IMG/VR virus record: IMGVR_UViG_3300005826_000294
Coordinates: 237,684-301,683 of that record
DNA: 64,000 bases
Direction: 5' to 3' (one strand)
A program made the position numbers and the translations under genes. Below are positions 21,444 to 31,848 of the stretch, in pieces (positions within the stretch are counted from its first letter, which is position 1; each line of letters starts with the position of its first letter). A model generated the notes under the pieces. The model was given only the letters and a program-made list of their open reading frames with translations, did no database searches and was not told the DNA's origin.

Positions 21444-21829
21444 TAATCAGGTCTCTGCATCGTTAATTCTACAAGACTTTGCTCTCCTTCAGCGGCAGCA
21501 TGCGTTCCTAGTGCTCCAAGAACAGCAATTCCTACATCAGAGGTTAAAGCCTCCAAAACAAGTTTGATTTTATCCTGCTTTACAACAAAATTAGATACAG
21601 TGAATTCATATGATGTTGATTGTTCCGCATCTTCCGAATTTCGCAAAGCAACCCCAACAGATGATGTGTCGGCCGCCGTTGAATGTAATTCCAATGATTC
21701 TAAAACATCAGCTATATCTCCATCACCAGCTCTAATATCATCCTTATCTCCAGATAAAACTACTTTTACACTATCATTTTTACCAGTAAAACTTACTACT
21801 CCAAATCCTTGAACTACTCTTACTGTCAT
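21443..21829 (-). CDS. Hypothetical protein
   Basis: 128-aa ORF. Confidence 0.7.
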   Translation of the reverse strand: MTVRVVQGFGVVSFTGKNDSVKVVLSGDKDDIRAGDGDIADVLESLELHSTAADTSSVGVALRNSEDAEQSTSYEFTVSNFVVKQDKIKLVLEALTSDVGIAVLGALGTHAAAEGEQSLVELTMQRPD

Positions 21830-21830
21830 C

Positions 21831-23159
21831 TTATTCTCCTTCTTCTAATGGATTCTCTGGAATCTCATATGTTTCATTTATCTGCTCTTCTACTTCTTCT
21901 GTAATTTGAGCTTGACTAATAATAAAATCTAATACTTTTCTATGTTTAACTAAACCTAAAACTCCATCAAGCATATTTTTTTCTTTTAAATCTTTCTTTA
22001 ATACTAATGGGCTTACTTGTTTGATCTTTGCTTCTCTCGCCAACCAATCTTCAAACTCTTCTTTAGTTACTTTAAGATTAGGTTCAGCATCATATATAGC
22101 TTCAAGCATAAATGTTCTTCTAACATTTCTTTCTGCCATGTCATGAATATGTGCTTTTATTCCCTCATCAATATTTCCCTGAAGACCTAATTGAGATGTA
22201 AGATACTTTGCCTCATCTAAAACCCAATCAGAAGGAACTTCAAAACTATGTGATTCTAATAATTTAGAAATTATTTCTTCTTCAATAGATTGTTGTTCTT
22301 TTGTTGAAGCCTCATAATCCGCTCTTTTTGTAAAAGCATTCATAAGATCTTCAAGAGACGGTGCCTGCATAGCAACAACCAGATCTTCTTCTGTTGGATG
22401 AACTCTTTCAAAAATAGATTTAATAGTAGCCTCTACACGAGCAGATTTTCCACCATAAGTTTCATTATTTTCTGGAAGAACAATATTTTCTACAAAACTA
22501 TCACCTACTTTTTTCCCAACAAGATTCTCCCCAAATGGAGGTTCTTGATCTTTATTAATAATAAAACTATTATCTTTTCCCTCCGAAATTTTCTCTTCAT
22601 CCTCTCCTATCGCAATAAAATCTAAATTTACTAGAGATCCAATTTTTACCTCATCTGTTGGAATTTCTAACATATGCTCATGTTTAGCATTTTCAATCAA
22701 TCTCTCTCGTATCTCATCTCTATTAATATTTGGTTTTTTAAGTTTTAAACCCACATATCCTGAAGCCTCAATGGTAGGTCTAACCTCTAAAGTAATATCA
22801 CAAGTAAATGTTCCATCAAAATGAAATTCCGCATTGTCTGGTTTTGGTTCTCCAAGTGGTTGTATTTTTTGCTCAAAACAACCATGTAAAAAACCTTCTT
22901 GAACTAACATAGAAGATGCTGATTTTTCAATTTCTTCAGCACAATAATTTTGTACTAATTGTTTTGGAGCTTTTCCTCTTCTAAATCCTTTAATATGTGC
23001 TCTTTTCCCAACCAATTCACAAGATTTTTCTAAAGCCATTTGAACTGCTATAGTATCATATGTAACATGAAGTTTTCGTTTTAGATCTCCTAAATCTTCC
23101 ATTGTTACAATATGATGCCATTCTTCTTTTACATCTTGTTCAATATTTTTTTCTACCAT
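21831..23159 (-). CDS. tig: Trigger factor (ribosome-associated chaperone/PPIase)
   Basis: Ribosome-binding signature GFRRGKAP, FKBP-like middle domain, helical C-terminus; 442 aa, full length. Confidence 0.9.
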   Translation of the reverse strand: MVEKNIEQDVKEEWHHIVTMEDLGDLKRKLHVTYDTIAVQMALEKSCELVGKRAHIKGFRRGKAPKQLVQNYCAEEIEKSASSMLVQEGFLHGCFEQKIQPLGEPKPDNAEFHFDGTFTCDITLEVRPTIEASGYVGLKLKKPNINRDEIRERLIENAKHEHMLEIPTDEVKIGSLVNLDFIAIGEDEEKISEGKDNSFIINKDQEPPFGENLVGKKVGDSFVENIVLPENNETYGGKSARVEATIKSIFERVHPTEEDLVVAMQAPSLEDLMNAFTKRADYEASTKEQQSIEEEIISKLLESHSFEVPSDWVLDEAKYLTSQLGLQGNIDEGIKAHIHDMAERNVRRTFMLEAIYDAEPNLKVTKEEFEDWLAREAKIKQVSPLVLKKDLKEKNMLDGVLGLVKHRKVLDFIISQAQITEEVEEQINETYEIPENPLEEGE

Positions 23160-23168
23160 TATAACTCC

Positions 23169-24998
23169 CTATAATAAAACGGTAATACCAGTTTCTTTTC
23201 TGGCTTTTTTAACTTTTTGTTTCCAAAATTTCCAAAATGCTTGATCTGAGTTTCCTGTTTCTTCTTCCTCTAAAATCTTATCTATAATATTAAGACTAGA
23301 TCTTAAACGTAAGATCCTTTGTATTGGTGAATGTGTATGATGCCCAGACATTACTATTGCTTCTACAAATACTTCATCTCCAACTTTTAAATTTGTTTGT
23401 TTCAATTTTATCGCATTCCATTCAATATAATCTACATCATTTATAAATTCAACTCCATTTTTTTTAATTGAATAAACTCTAACCAATCTTGGTTTGTTTT
23501 TAGAATTTTTTTGTTTAATTGATGTATTATTCAATATTGTATATTTCTCATCAACAATAGAATAAAATTCCGTTTTTGGACCATCGGTAAATTTCGGTTT
23601 ACGGCAAAACCACCCGAAATCTTTAAGAAATTTTATTTTTGGATCTAATTTTGTAAATTCTTTAATATTATTCTCTAATAATCTCATCCATTCATAAAAT
23701 ATCGTTTGATGAACGGAAACTTCTTCTCCTCTTGTATTTTTGTCTGTCTTATAATTAAAAAAATAATTATTAGCGTCTTGATTATATTTAATTATCCAAT
23801 TTATAACACTAATTAGAAAATACCAATAAACTAAACCAGATGTGTTTTTTTGTGTTTTAGATAATTGTATTATAATTTCATCAATTAATAAATTTAATTT
23901 TTGTTTTATATAAATATCATCAAAATATGGTTTATCTACGATTTGATTTTTTAATGTATCATTTGATCTAAATATATTGTCATCTAATATTAAATCTTCT
24001 TTAATAGTCCATATCCTAACTGAAGGTAATCCTGTAAACAATCCGGACTTTTCTTTAAATCCTGATTGTTTTTTAATTGCCATTCTTGGCGTAAATTTAG
24101 TTTCGCAATATGGACAGGTCAAGTATAAATCCAACATAGAATTTGGAGGTTTTTTAAAAGATTGAATACTTTTAGGAACAAACAAATTTATTGAACAATG
24201 TTTTTCAAAACAAGATATAGGAATAAACTTTCCTAAACAATTGTTAGATGGACAAATACAAGTTATTCCTATAAAACTTTCAAAAATCTTTCTTTTTTTA
24301 TAAAGTTTATAAATTTTTATATCTTTTAATGCTTCTTTTTCAAGATTTTCTGTTGCTATTTTACATCTGGGACAAGAATAAATATTATTAGAATATTTCA
24401 ATAACCGAACTTTAACTGATGGTTTTAATGATAAACAATAAGGACAGGCTAATATATTTTTAGATTTATAACCCATATCTAATCCCACTTCTCTAATAAA
24501 TTCATTTTTAAGAGAATTAACTATATATCCACTTAATTGTTTTATTTCTCCATCACACCAATCTCTTTTAAAATATTTATATAGAACTATATATGTTTTT
24601 TCTACAATTTTAGCAATTCTGGATTTTCCATAAGAAGTGGATTCAATATTATTTTTTTCAACATCATAAAATAATGGAAAGGGAGCCCCTCGTGAAATAG
24701 AATTACTATATTTTACTCTATCAAACCATGTTTTTCCAAAAAATATTACAGCATGAGGAAGAATCCATTGTTCAAAAAGATCATTTCTATTTAATATTTC
24801 ATTCCAATTTTCAGGATTTCCAACAATATTATTAAAAGATATTGAATCTTTTATATTAGAAAAAACCCCTAGATTTTCCACTTCTTGGGGTTCAGGCCAA
24901 CTTCCATTAAACAATTTTTGTTTTGAATTCTCAGAAATTAGTTCTAAAGGACTTATTTGATTGGAATGTTCAGCGAACTTTCTTGTTTCATATTTCAT
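23169..24998 (-). CDS. Unknown 609-aa protein with several Cys clusters
   Basis: CPYC, CPRC, CICPSNNC, CPYC. Confidence 0.7.
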   Translation of the reverse strand: MKYETRKFAEHSNQISPLELISENSKQKLFNGSWPEPQEVENLGVFSNIKDSISFNNIVGNPENWNEILNRNDLFEQWILPHAVIFFGKTWFDRVKYSNSISRGAPFPLFYDVEKNNIESTSYGKSRIAKIVEKTYIVLYKYFKRDWCDGEIKQLSGYIVNSLKNEFIREVGLDMGYKSKNILACPYCLSLKPSVKVRLLKYSNNIYSCPRCKIATENLEKEALKDIKIYKLYKKRKIFESFIGITCICPSNNCLGKFIPISCFEKHCSINLFVPKSIQSFKKPPNSMLDLYLTCPYCETKFTPRMAIKKQSGFKEKSGLFTGLPSVRIWTIKEDLILDDNIFRSNDTLKNQIVDKPYFDDIYIKQKLNLLIDEIIIQLSKTQKNTSGLVYWYFLISVINWIIKYNQDANNYFFNYKTDKNTRGEEVSVHQTIFYEWMRLLENNIKEFTKLDPKIKFLKDFGWFCRKPKFTDGPKTEFYSIVDEKYTILNNTSIKQKNSKNKPRLVRVYSIKKNGVEFINDVDYIEWNAIKLKQTNLKVGDEVFVEAIVMSGHHTHSPIQRILRLRSSLNIIDKILEEEETGNSDQAFWKFWKQKVKKARKETGITVLL

Positions 24999-25001
24999 GT
25001 C

Positions 25002-25544
25002 TTACCTTAATTCTTTAGCCTTCAACAGTTTTTTACGAATAGCTCTGGTCAAACCCCATGGCGTCATTCCCTCATCTTTCGCAACATCGGAAATTTTATC
25101 TCCACCTATAAAAACCCTAAATATAGCACGACGCCATTTATTATCCCAATTTTGTATTCTTTTAAGAAGATCTATTTTTTCTATAGGATCATAATAAAAA
25201 TCACGATAATCATTATATGAGATATATTTATTTTTTAAAGGATCTTTTTTACGATAATTATCTATTAAACGATTTTTAACAGATCTATATAAAAAAGTAG
25301 ATAACGATGCCCCTTTATTAGGATTATATTTTGATATTCCTTCCAAAATATAAACATATATATCTTGTTTTATGTCTTCTTTATTATAACAAGAGCTAAA
25401 ACGCATTAATATATTAATATACGATTCCATTAGTTCAATAACTTTATGAAACCCTGTTCCATCGGCAGTGTCTATAAATACATTCTGATTTTTTACAACA
25501 ACAAAACCAGAAAATCTTTTTTTCTTACTATTAATCGTTCTCAT
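25002..25544 (-). CDS. Sigma-70 family (ECF-like) RNA polymerase sigma factor
   Basis: Region 2 EDIKQDIY...KYNPNKGASLSTFLYRSVKNRLIDNYRK; C-terminal HTH ISDVAKDEG. Confidence 0.8.
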   Translation of the reverse strand: MRTINSKKKRFSGFVVVKNQNVFIDTADGTGFHKVIELMESYINILMRFSSCYNKEDIKQDIYVYILEGISKYNPNKGASLSTFLYRSVKNRLIDNYRKKDPLKNKYISYNDYRDFYYDPIEKIDLLKRIQNWDNKWRRAIFRVFIGGDKISDVAKDEGMTPWGLTRAIRKKLLKAKELR

Positions 25545-25552
25545 TCATTCCC

Positions 25553-26302
25553 CTACCAAGTGGTTAAACAGGGATCCTTAAAATCACACCAATCACATAA
25601 TTTAGAATATTTAGGAATCCACTTTCCTTCTTCTATGATACTATCGGCATATCTTATAAGTTTTTTCTTACATTTTTCCACATCATCTTTATTAAGATCA
25701 TATGGAACAAGTTTTCCACCGAAACGCATCATAATATAAGATGCACGAAAACGATCTATGTCTTTATATTTATTTAATAAATGAATACCATATACTTGAA
25801 GTTGAAATGGTTCCATATATTTAAGACTTTTATTTGTCTTATAATCTTTAATATGATATAATCCATCTTCATCTAAATCCAATCTATCAACAAAACCTTT
25901 AATATTATATTTATCATTTAAAGAAATATCAAAATCTTCTTCTAAACAGATTACTTCAGAACCAATTCCTTCTGTTTCCATTCTGTTTAAATATTCTATA
26001 AGTAAATCTCTGGCTTCTAATAACACTGAATTAGCAAGAGGTTTGTTTTTTTCCATATCTTTTCTTTGAGTTTTAAAAGATTTTTTCATTAATTTTTTAA
26101 GATTTTTATCTTCTCCATCTTTCTTAAATCCTTTATGAAAATATTCTAAAGCTCCATGGACGAGAGTTCCCAAATCAAAATGTGCCCATTCTTTTCTAGG
26201 CAATTTCTCAACATAATTATAATAATATTTTCTTGGACATTGTTGGTAGGTCTTCACTCTAGACGCAGAAAGGGTTAATATACTATCTTTTTTTTCTATC
26301 AT
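25553..26302 (-). CDS. PD-(D/E)XK RecB/Cas4-like exonuclease with probable Fe-S cysteines
   Basis: LSASRV...CPRKY, GFVDRLD, IKDYKT, CDWCDFKDPC. Confidence 0.88.
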   Translation of the reverse strand: MIEKKDSILTLSASRVKTYQQCPRKYYYNYVEKLPRKEWAHFDLGTLVHGALEYFHKGFKKDGEDKNLKKLMKKSFKTQRKDMEKNKPLANSVLLEARDLLIEYLNRMETEGIGSEVICLEEDFDISLNDKYNIKGFVDRLDLDEDGLYHIKDYKTNKSLKYMEPFQLQVYGIHLLNKYKDIDRFRASYIMMRFGGKLVPYDLNKDDVEKCKKKLIRYADSIIEEGKWIPKYSKLCDWCDFKDPCLTTW

Positions 26303-26309
26303 AATTATC

Positions 26310-27206
26310 CTAAATCATTGATCTTTTATTATATATCCATTTAAATACCAAAGGCGGACCGAATTCTCTTCTATCACCAATTCCTTTAGGTATTATATTT
26401 GGATCAAATCTTTGAACACTTTTAATCCATCTCGTTTCATTATGATCAAAATAATAAGCACATGCCAAACCATATCCATCTTTTATTGTATAAAAGGTCC
26501 TAACATGACCCCCAGATATATATGGAGTTGGTTCATAAAGAGATTTTCCATTAAGATATTTAGTCATATCCATTGTATTACCATATGGTCTATTAATAAT
26601 ATAAACAGACTGATCTTCATATCCTTCTTTTCCATCTATTACAATATATAATGATCTTGGATTAAAATATACATTTTTATTATTTGGAGAACTTGCTTGA
26701 TGACTTATTTCAGGTCTTCCTCCAATTACTAAACCATTTATAATTGCTGTTCCTCTTCCTTCACCATTTGGACCACTTCTTGAATCTTGTATTTCTAAAT
26801 CATTAAGTTCATAATCAGAATATCTTGCTGGAACATCTACAACTAAATTATTATTTGGTTTATATCCATCTAAAAGAACAGATGCTACATTATAAGCATC
26901 AACAGCAATACCAAGTCCATAACCATCTATTCTTCTAGGATATGTTAAATCTGAAGAATCTGTGCTAAAAGTTATATCTAAATTTCCATAATCTGTCCCA
27001 CTGATTGCCCAAACTCTTAATCTTGTAGATGTTTCAGTCGGCATAAGTATAGCAGACGTATATACTCTAGATAAAACACTTGGAGCACTACCATCTAATG
27101 TATAAAATATTGTAGCAGGAATATTGGTAGACAAAGATACTTGGAATGGAATTCCAGAAATCAGTTGAGGCCCAAGTCCTGTAGCGGTGATGGTAATTAC
27201 AGCCAT
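26310..27206 (-). CDS. Putative structural protein with N-terminal Fn3-associated/chitobiase-C-like domain
   Basis: ATIFYTLDGSAPS...YTSAI motif. Confidence 0.65.
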   Translation of the reverse strand: MAVITITATGLGPQLISGIPFQVSLSTNIPATIFYTLDGSAPSVLSRVYTSAILMPTETSTRLRVWAISGTDYGNLDITFSTDSSDLTYPRRIDGYGLGIAVDAYNVASVLLDGYKPNNNLVVDVPARYSDYELNDLEIQDSRSGPNGEGRGTAIINGLVIGGRPEISHQASSPNNKNVYFNPRSLYIVIDGKEGYEDQSVYIINRPYGNTMDMTKYLNGKSLYEPTPYISGGHVRTFYTIKDGYGLACAYYFDHNETRWIKSVQRFDPNIIPKGIGDRREFGPPLVFKWIYNKRSMI

Positions 27207-27256
27207 TATTTATCCTTTGGAGCAGATCTATAAAGTAAATCTACTAAAAAATTTTA

Positions 27257-27808
27257 TTACGTATTAAATCGTTCATAAAATTCTTTAAAGCCTTCTCTAG
27301 CGTTTTCCAATGTATCAAAAACATTATCAAATTTAAAAAATGTTCTTCTATATATCTGTAAACAATTATGTATTTTTCTATTAAGAATTCTTGTTTCTGG
27401 AAAATATTTATCAAAGTCTTTATAATAAAGTTTATGATTTCTTGAAACTATTATTATTTTAGGTTTTGTTGCTATAATAGAATCTAATTCATCTTCCGTC
27501 CTAATATCTGTAATCACTGAATTTTCATATTTATTAGCTTTATCTAAAACTTTATTAATAAAATATAAATTACCTTTTTTTTCCTTGACTTTATCGCTAA
27601 ATTCCCATAATTCTTTACGAATTCTATTTTCTTCTGGTGTTCCTCTACAAGATTTAAAATATTCCTCAGTAATACCAGACTCAGAATAATAACATCTTTT
27701 TATTTCATCAGCAAAAGCAAATCTAATAAAACCATATTTAGTTATTAAAACATGCGATACAACATCATCTTTTCCAGCTTCTGGTTCTCCTATTAATCCT
27801 ATCTTCAC
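27257..27808 (-). CDS. Deoxynucleoside monophosphate kinase (T4 gp1-like)
   Basis: IGLIGEPEAGKD, FAFADEIKR, VITDIR. Confidence 0.8.
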   Translation of the reverse strand: MKIGLIGEPEAGKDDVVSHVLITKYGFIRFAFADEIKRCYYSESGITEEYFKSCRGTPEENRIRKELWEFSDKVKEKKGNLYFINKVLDKANKYENSVITDIRTEDELDSIIATKPKIIIVSRNHKLYYKDFDKYFPETRILNRKIHNCLQIYRRTFFKFDNVFDTLENAREGFKEFYERFNT

Positions 27809-27845
27809 AACAAACTCCTTTAAATATGGTAAAATTGATAGTTTT

Positions 27846-30029
27846 TTACTGGCTTAAAATACTTCCAGCCGAACCTTTTTGAATTGTAATTATGTTTTCA
27901 AACTTTTCTTTCATTCCTTCATTATGCGTAATTACCAATATTTTCAACTTCTTAGATAATAATAAAATTGCTGATGCTAAAGCATCAATTCCCTGTCGGT
28001 CAAGAGCCTGATCAACTTCATCTAAAAGAAGGAATTTAACATTGCTTCCCACACGCCTCATTAAAAGTTGACTTATTGCTAATCTAAGAGCAATTGATAC
28101 TCTAACTTGTTCTCCACCACTTAAATCATCAAAATCTAAATCACTACTACCAACTGAAATCTTTATCTCAAATTGCTCTTTCCAAGAACCAGTCACAGTT
28201 TGAGATTGAGTAATAAAATCTATACTCATTGGATCACTACAAATCTGTTTTAAAACAGCATTAGTATATTTTCTAAGATCTTCAGTTACATTTTCCATAA
28301 TAATTGCTTGAATACCATCTTTACTAAAGGCTTTTGATAAATTTTTATAAACATCTATTTCTTGTGAAATTATTTTAAGTTGATTTTCTATAACTATTCT
28401 TTCAGAATTACGTCTTTCTAATTCTTCTCCATATCCTTTGATCATTCCATATTGAACACTTAAATCTAATAAATCTTTTTTACATTTTTCCACATTATTA
28501 GAAATTTCATCTAATACTAATTTTGATCTTTCTAATTCAGTATGAATGTCTTCATCTTTTTTAACATTATTCAAAATATTATTTATTTTATTATATTCTT
28601 CTTTTAACTTTTCCAACGCCATACCAAGATTTTTACGCTCTAATTGAAATATTTCATTACAATGGATTGCTTCTGAATACGCCGACATTCTTTTAGTTAT
28701 AACAATTTCCGTTCTTTCCATTTCTATAAGAGCATCTTTAGCATTATTTATAGCATTTTGTTCCTTCTTTACTTCTTCAAATAATTGTTCAATAATTTTC
28801 TCTTCCTGACTTATTCTAGATTTAATAAATTTTTTCTTTTCTTTACGACGTTTTTCTATATCTTGAAGATTATCTATATTAGATAAACATGTAGGACACT
28901 CATTTCCAGGCCTCACAGCATTAAGATTTCCAAAATCCTGCTTTAAAGAATTAAGAATTTTATTATGATCATTAAGATCTTTTATATTTTTGTCTAAAGA
29001 TGCTTGACTATATTGATTTTTTGGTGGTTCAAATTTAGAACATATCTCTTTATTTTCAAATCCAGATACTTTCATTACTTTTTTAGAAAGTTTAACAAGT
29101 TTTTCTTCTAAATTATTACAATCATTATTAGAATTAGCTATTATAGAATTATTATCTTTAATTTTATCTGCAAGTTCATTTAACTTATTTTTAATTTCAG
29201 ATGCCCTTACAGAAATGCTTTTTTTCTCTTCTTTAAGTTTAGAAAAATTAAATCCACCTTTTTGAGAAATTATCGTTTCAAGATTACTTACCAATTGTTT
29301 TTGTTTATAAAACTCTGCTTCTAAATCTTTAATTTCTTTATTAGATTTCTCTATTTCTAATTGTAAAAATTTTAATTTTTCTTTATTTTCATTTTTTTGA
29401 GATTCAACATTACCAATAATTTTTAATCGATCATTTAAATTATTACGTTGTGTTTCATATTGTTTAACATTATCTTTTGCTATTTGTTGATATACATCCC
29501 AAATACCAATTTGTAATATTTCTTTTAAAATTTCTTTTCTTTTTGAAGTTGTTGCCGAAGCAAAACCAGAAACATCATTTTGTTTAAAATATACAGAATT
29601 AACAAATGTATCATCGCTCATTTTAATAATTTCAACAATTTTTTTATTAGTCATTGTTGATGTATCACAAGTTAAACCTTCATTTTCCCATTTTCCTCCA
29701 ATTTTTTTAGAAAAAACCACATCTATAATATTTGAACGCTTGCTAAGTTTGCGAACAATTCTATAAATATCATTTTCAATCTTAAACTCAAAAACAACTT
29801 TACAAAACTCTTTTCCGCGTTTTACAACTTTATCTTTTTTACTAAAACGACTTTTTCCTGTAAGAGCCCATCTCATTCCATTGAAAATTGAAGTTTTTCC
29901 AACTCCATTTGAAATATAAGGATTTCCACTATGTGATCCAACTAATAAGGCAGCATCAAATTTTGTAAAATCTAATTCTGAACGAACATGTGAAATAAAA
30001 TTTTCTAAAACAAGTCTTAATGGGATCAT
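27846..30029 (-). CDS. sbcC: SbcC/Rad50/gp46-like SMC ATPase
   Basis: Walker A NGVGKTS, coiled coils with CPTC hook, LSGGE signature, Walker B LLLDE. Confidence 0.93.
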   Translation of the reverse strand: MIPLRLVLENFISHVRSELDFTKFDAALLVGSHSGNPYISNGVGKTSIFNGMRWALTGKSRFSKKDKVVKRGKEFCKVVFEFKIENDIYRIVRKLSKRSNIIDVVFSKKIGGKWENEGLTCDTSTMTNKKIVEIIKMSDDTFVNSVYFKQNDVSGFASATTSKRKEILKEILQIGIWDVYQQIAKDNVKQYETQRNNLNDRLKIIGNVESQKNENKEKLKFLQLEIEKSNKEIKDLEAEFYKQKQLVSNLETIISQKGGFNFSKLKEEKKSISVRASEIKNKLNELADKIKDNNSIIANSNNDCNNLEEKLVKLSKKVMKVSGFENKEICSKFEPPKNQYSQASLDKNIKDLNDHNKILNSLKQDFGNLNAVRPGNECPTCLSNIDNLQDIEKRRKEKKKFIKSRISQEEKIIEQLFEEVKKEQNAINNAKDALIEMERTEIVITKRMSAYSEAIHCNEIFQLERKNLGMALEKLKEEYNKINNILNNVKKDEDIHTELERSKLVLDEISNNVEKCKKDLLDLSVQYGMIKGYGEELERRNSERIVIENQLKIISQEIDVYKNLSKAFSKDGIQAIIMENVTEDLRKYTNAVLKQICSDPMSIDFITQSQTVTGSWKEQFEIKISVGSSDLDFDDLSGGEQVRVSIALRLAISQLLMRRVGSNVKFLLLDEVDQALDRQGIDALASAILLLSKKLKILVITHNEGMKEKFENIITIQKGSAGSILSQ

Positions 30030-31228
30030 TCATTACTCCTACTATTAATAATTCTATTGCCTCTTATTCTCATAAGTTCTCTCATTTCTTCATCATCTAT
30101 AAGAGTAAGATATTCTTCAAATGATTTTAATGGATCTATACGCTCTGTAATTGTAGATTTTCTAAGTTGTCTTTTAGATACAATTTGAGTATGAATGCCT
30201 ACACAATGATGAATTTGTAATTCTTTTTTAAGATAATTACGAATTTTATCTTTTCTTAAATCATACATATTATGCTCATTAACAAAAATACATAATCTTA
30301 TAATACTTTCATTCATTTTGTGTTTTTTAGAAAAACTAGTTAATTGCTCAATACATTTTTCAGTAGCAATTTTTCCATCAAGAATAGAAGATTGGTCTAA
30401 TTCAATATCATAAATAGGTCTAACAGGGAGTTTTTCAAATTGATAAATTAATTTTTCTTTATTCTTATTAACTACAAGAAAATATTTCAAATGCCCACTA
30501 TCTCCAAAATCTTTTCTCTCCATAGAACCTATATAAGCAATAAGAGGACTTTTTTGTATTACACAATGTGGATGAACATGTCCCATAATAGTTCCATCTA
30601 AATCTTTAAACATATCTTGAGGTAATGATATTTCTCCTGCTTGATTTTCAGCAACATTATCTCCCAATATTGTTCCCTGTAACATAAAATGTCCAACTAA
30701 TATTTTCGGTCCTTTTCCAATTCCACGAATTTCATATTGTAATCTATCAGATAATCTTTGAACAGCATCTTCATTATTAGAACAACCCAACATCTGTCTT
30801 GTTCTAAATGGAAAAAATATAAGATTAATAATATCATCTGTATTATCTTTACAAACAACACTATCTATGTCTGTATAAATATGAACCATCGAAAGCTTAA
30901 GACGCCTTAATACATCTATCGTAGTCGTACATTGATCTCTTATCATATCATGATTTCCAATAACAATATAAGTATGTACTCCTATTTCTGATAATCTTTG
31001 TAATTTTTCCGAAAATAAACTAAGTTCAGATGCGTGGGGCCTTCTATATTCAAAGATATCTCCTGTAATAATAAAATGCTTAATATCATTTGCTTTTATA
31101 TAATCAATAACATAATCAAATGTGTTAGAAAAATCTATAAGCCTACTATTAAGTTGTCTATACGAATTTATAGTTCCTAAAGAAAAACCTCCTCCAAAAT
31201 GTGTATCTCCTAAAATTAATATCTTCAT
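30026..31228 (-). CDS. sbcD: SbcD/Mre11/gp47-like nuclease
   Basis: GDTH, GDIF, GNHD, GH, GHVH phosphoesterase motifs. Confidence 0.93.
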   Translation of the reverse strand: MKILILGDTHFGGGFSLGTINSYRQLNSRLIDFSNTFDYVIDYIKANDIKHFIITGDIFEYRRPHASELSLFSEKLQRLSEIGVHTYIVIGNHDMIRDQCTTTIDVLRRLKLSMVHIYTDIDSVVCKDNTDDIINLIFFPFRTRQMLGCSNNEDAVQRLSDRLQYEIRGIGKGPKILVGHFMLQGTILGDNVAENQAGEISLPQDMFKDLDGTIMGHVHPHCVIQKSPLIAYIGSMERKDFGDSGHLKYFLVVNKNKEKLIYQFEKLPVRPIYDIELDQSSILDGKIATEKCIEQLTSFSKKHKMNESIIRLCIFVNEHNMYDLRKDKIRNYLKKELQIHHCVGIHTQIVSKRQLRKSTITERIDPLKSFEEYLTLIDDEEMRELMRIRGNRIINSRSNE

Positions 31229-31845
31229 TTATTGACTCTACTTTTAATTATCTTAGAAAGATTATCTCTCAATTTTATAGCATCTTCCCAATCTTCATTA
31301 GTAATATTATCAAGATAATTATCAAGTTTTTTACATATTTTTTCTACCCATCTTAACTCTTTTTCAAAATTATCTGACTTAATAAACTTTTTAATATATC
31401 TCCTAATAATATCACTCATTTCTATTATATATGGTTCAGAAATTTTTGTTGGATCAAATGGAACTATAAATTCAGTATCTAATTGTAAATCATCCCACTT
31501 TCCATCTTTTATTAAACCTATTGATTTTGCTAGTTGATGTAAAGCTACTATTGGAGGACAACCTTCCATAATACTAACAAAATCAATAAGACTTCCTGTT
31601 GAATTACATCCATAACAACAAAAAGAATTTGTTTTTTCTGAAACAAAAAAAGATGGAGTTCTTTCTTGTCCTCCATTTTTTCCACTATGGAATGGGCAAT
31701 ATGCTCTATGACTAAATGTTCCCGTATTTTTTTCTTCTAATTTAACACCATATTTTTTCATTAACTCTACAATAGAAATTTTTGAGTCAATTATAGGTTT
31801 AAACTCCCAACCTTTATTTAGATCTTCATTTTTTAAGAAATTCAT
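31225..31845 (-). CDS. Stand-alone CHC2 zinc-finger protein (primase zinc-binding domain)
   Basis: CPFH...ERTPSFFV...FCCYGC...GSLIDFV..MEG. Confidence 0.88.
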   Translation of the reverse strand: MNFLKNEDLNKGWEFKPIIDSKISIVELMKKYGVKLEEKNTGTFSHRAYCPFHSGKNGGQERTPSFFVSEKTNSFCCYGCNSTGSLIDFVSIMEGCPPIVALHQLAKSIGLIKDGKWDDLQLDTEFIVPFDPTKISEPYIIEMSDIIRRYIKKFIKSDNFEKELRWVEKICKKLDNYLDNITNEDWEDAIKLRDNLSKIIKSRVNK

Positions 31846-31848
31846 ATT

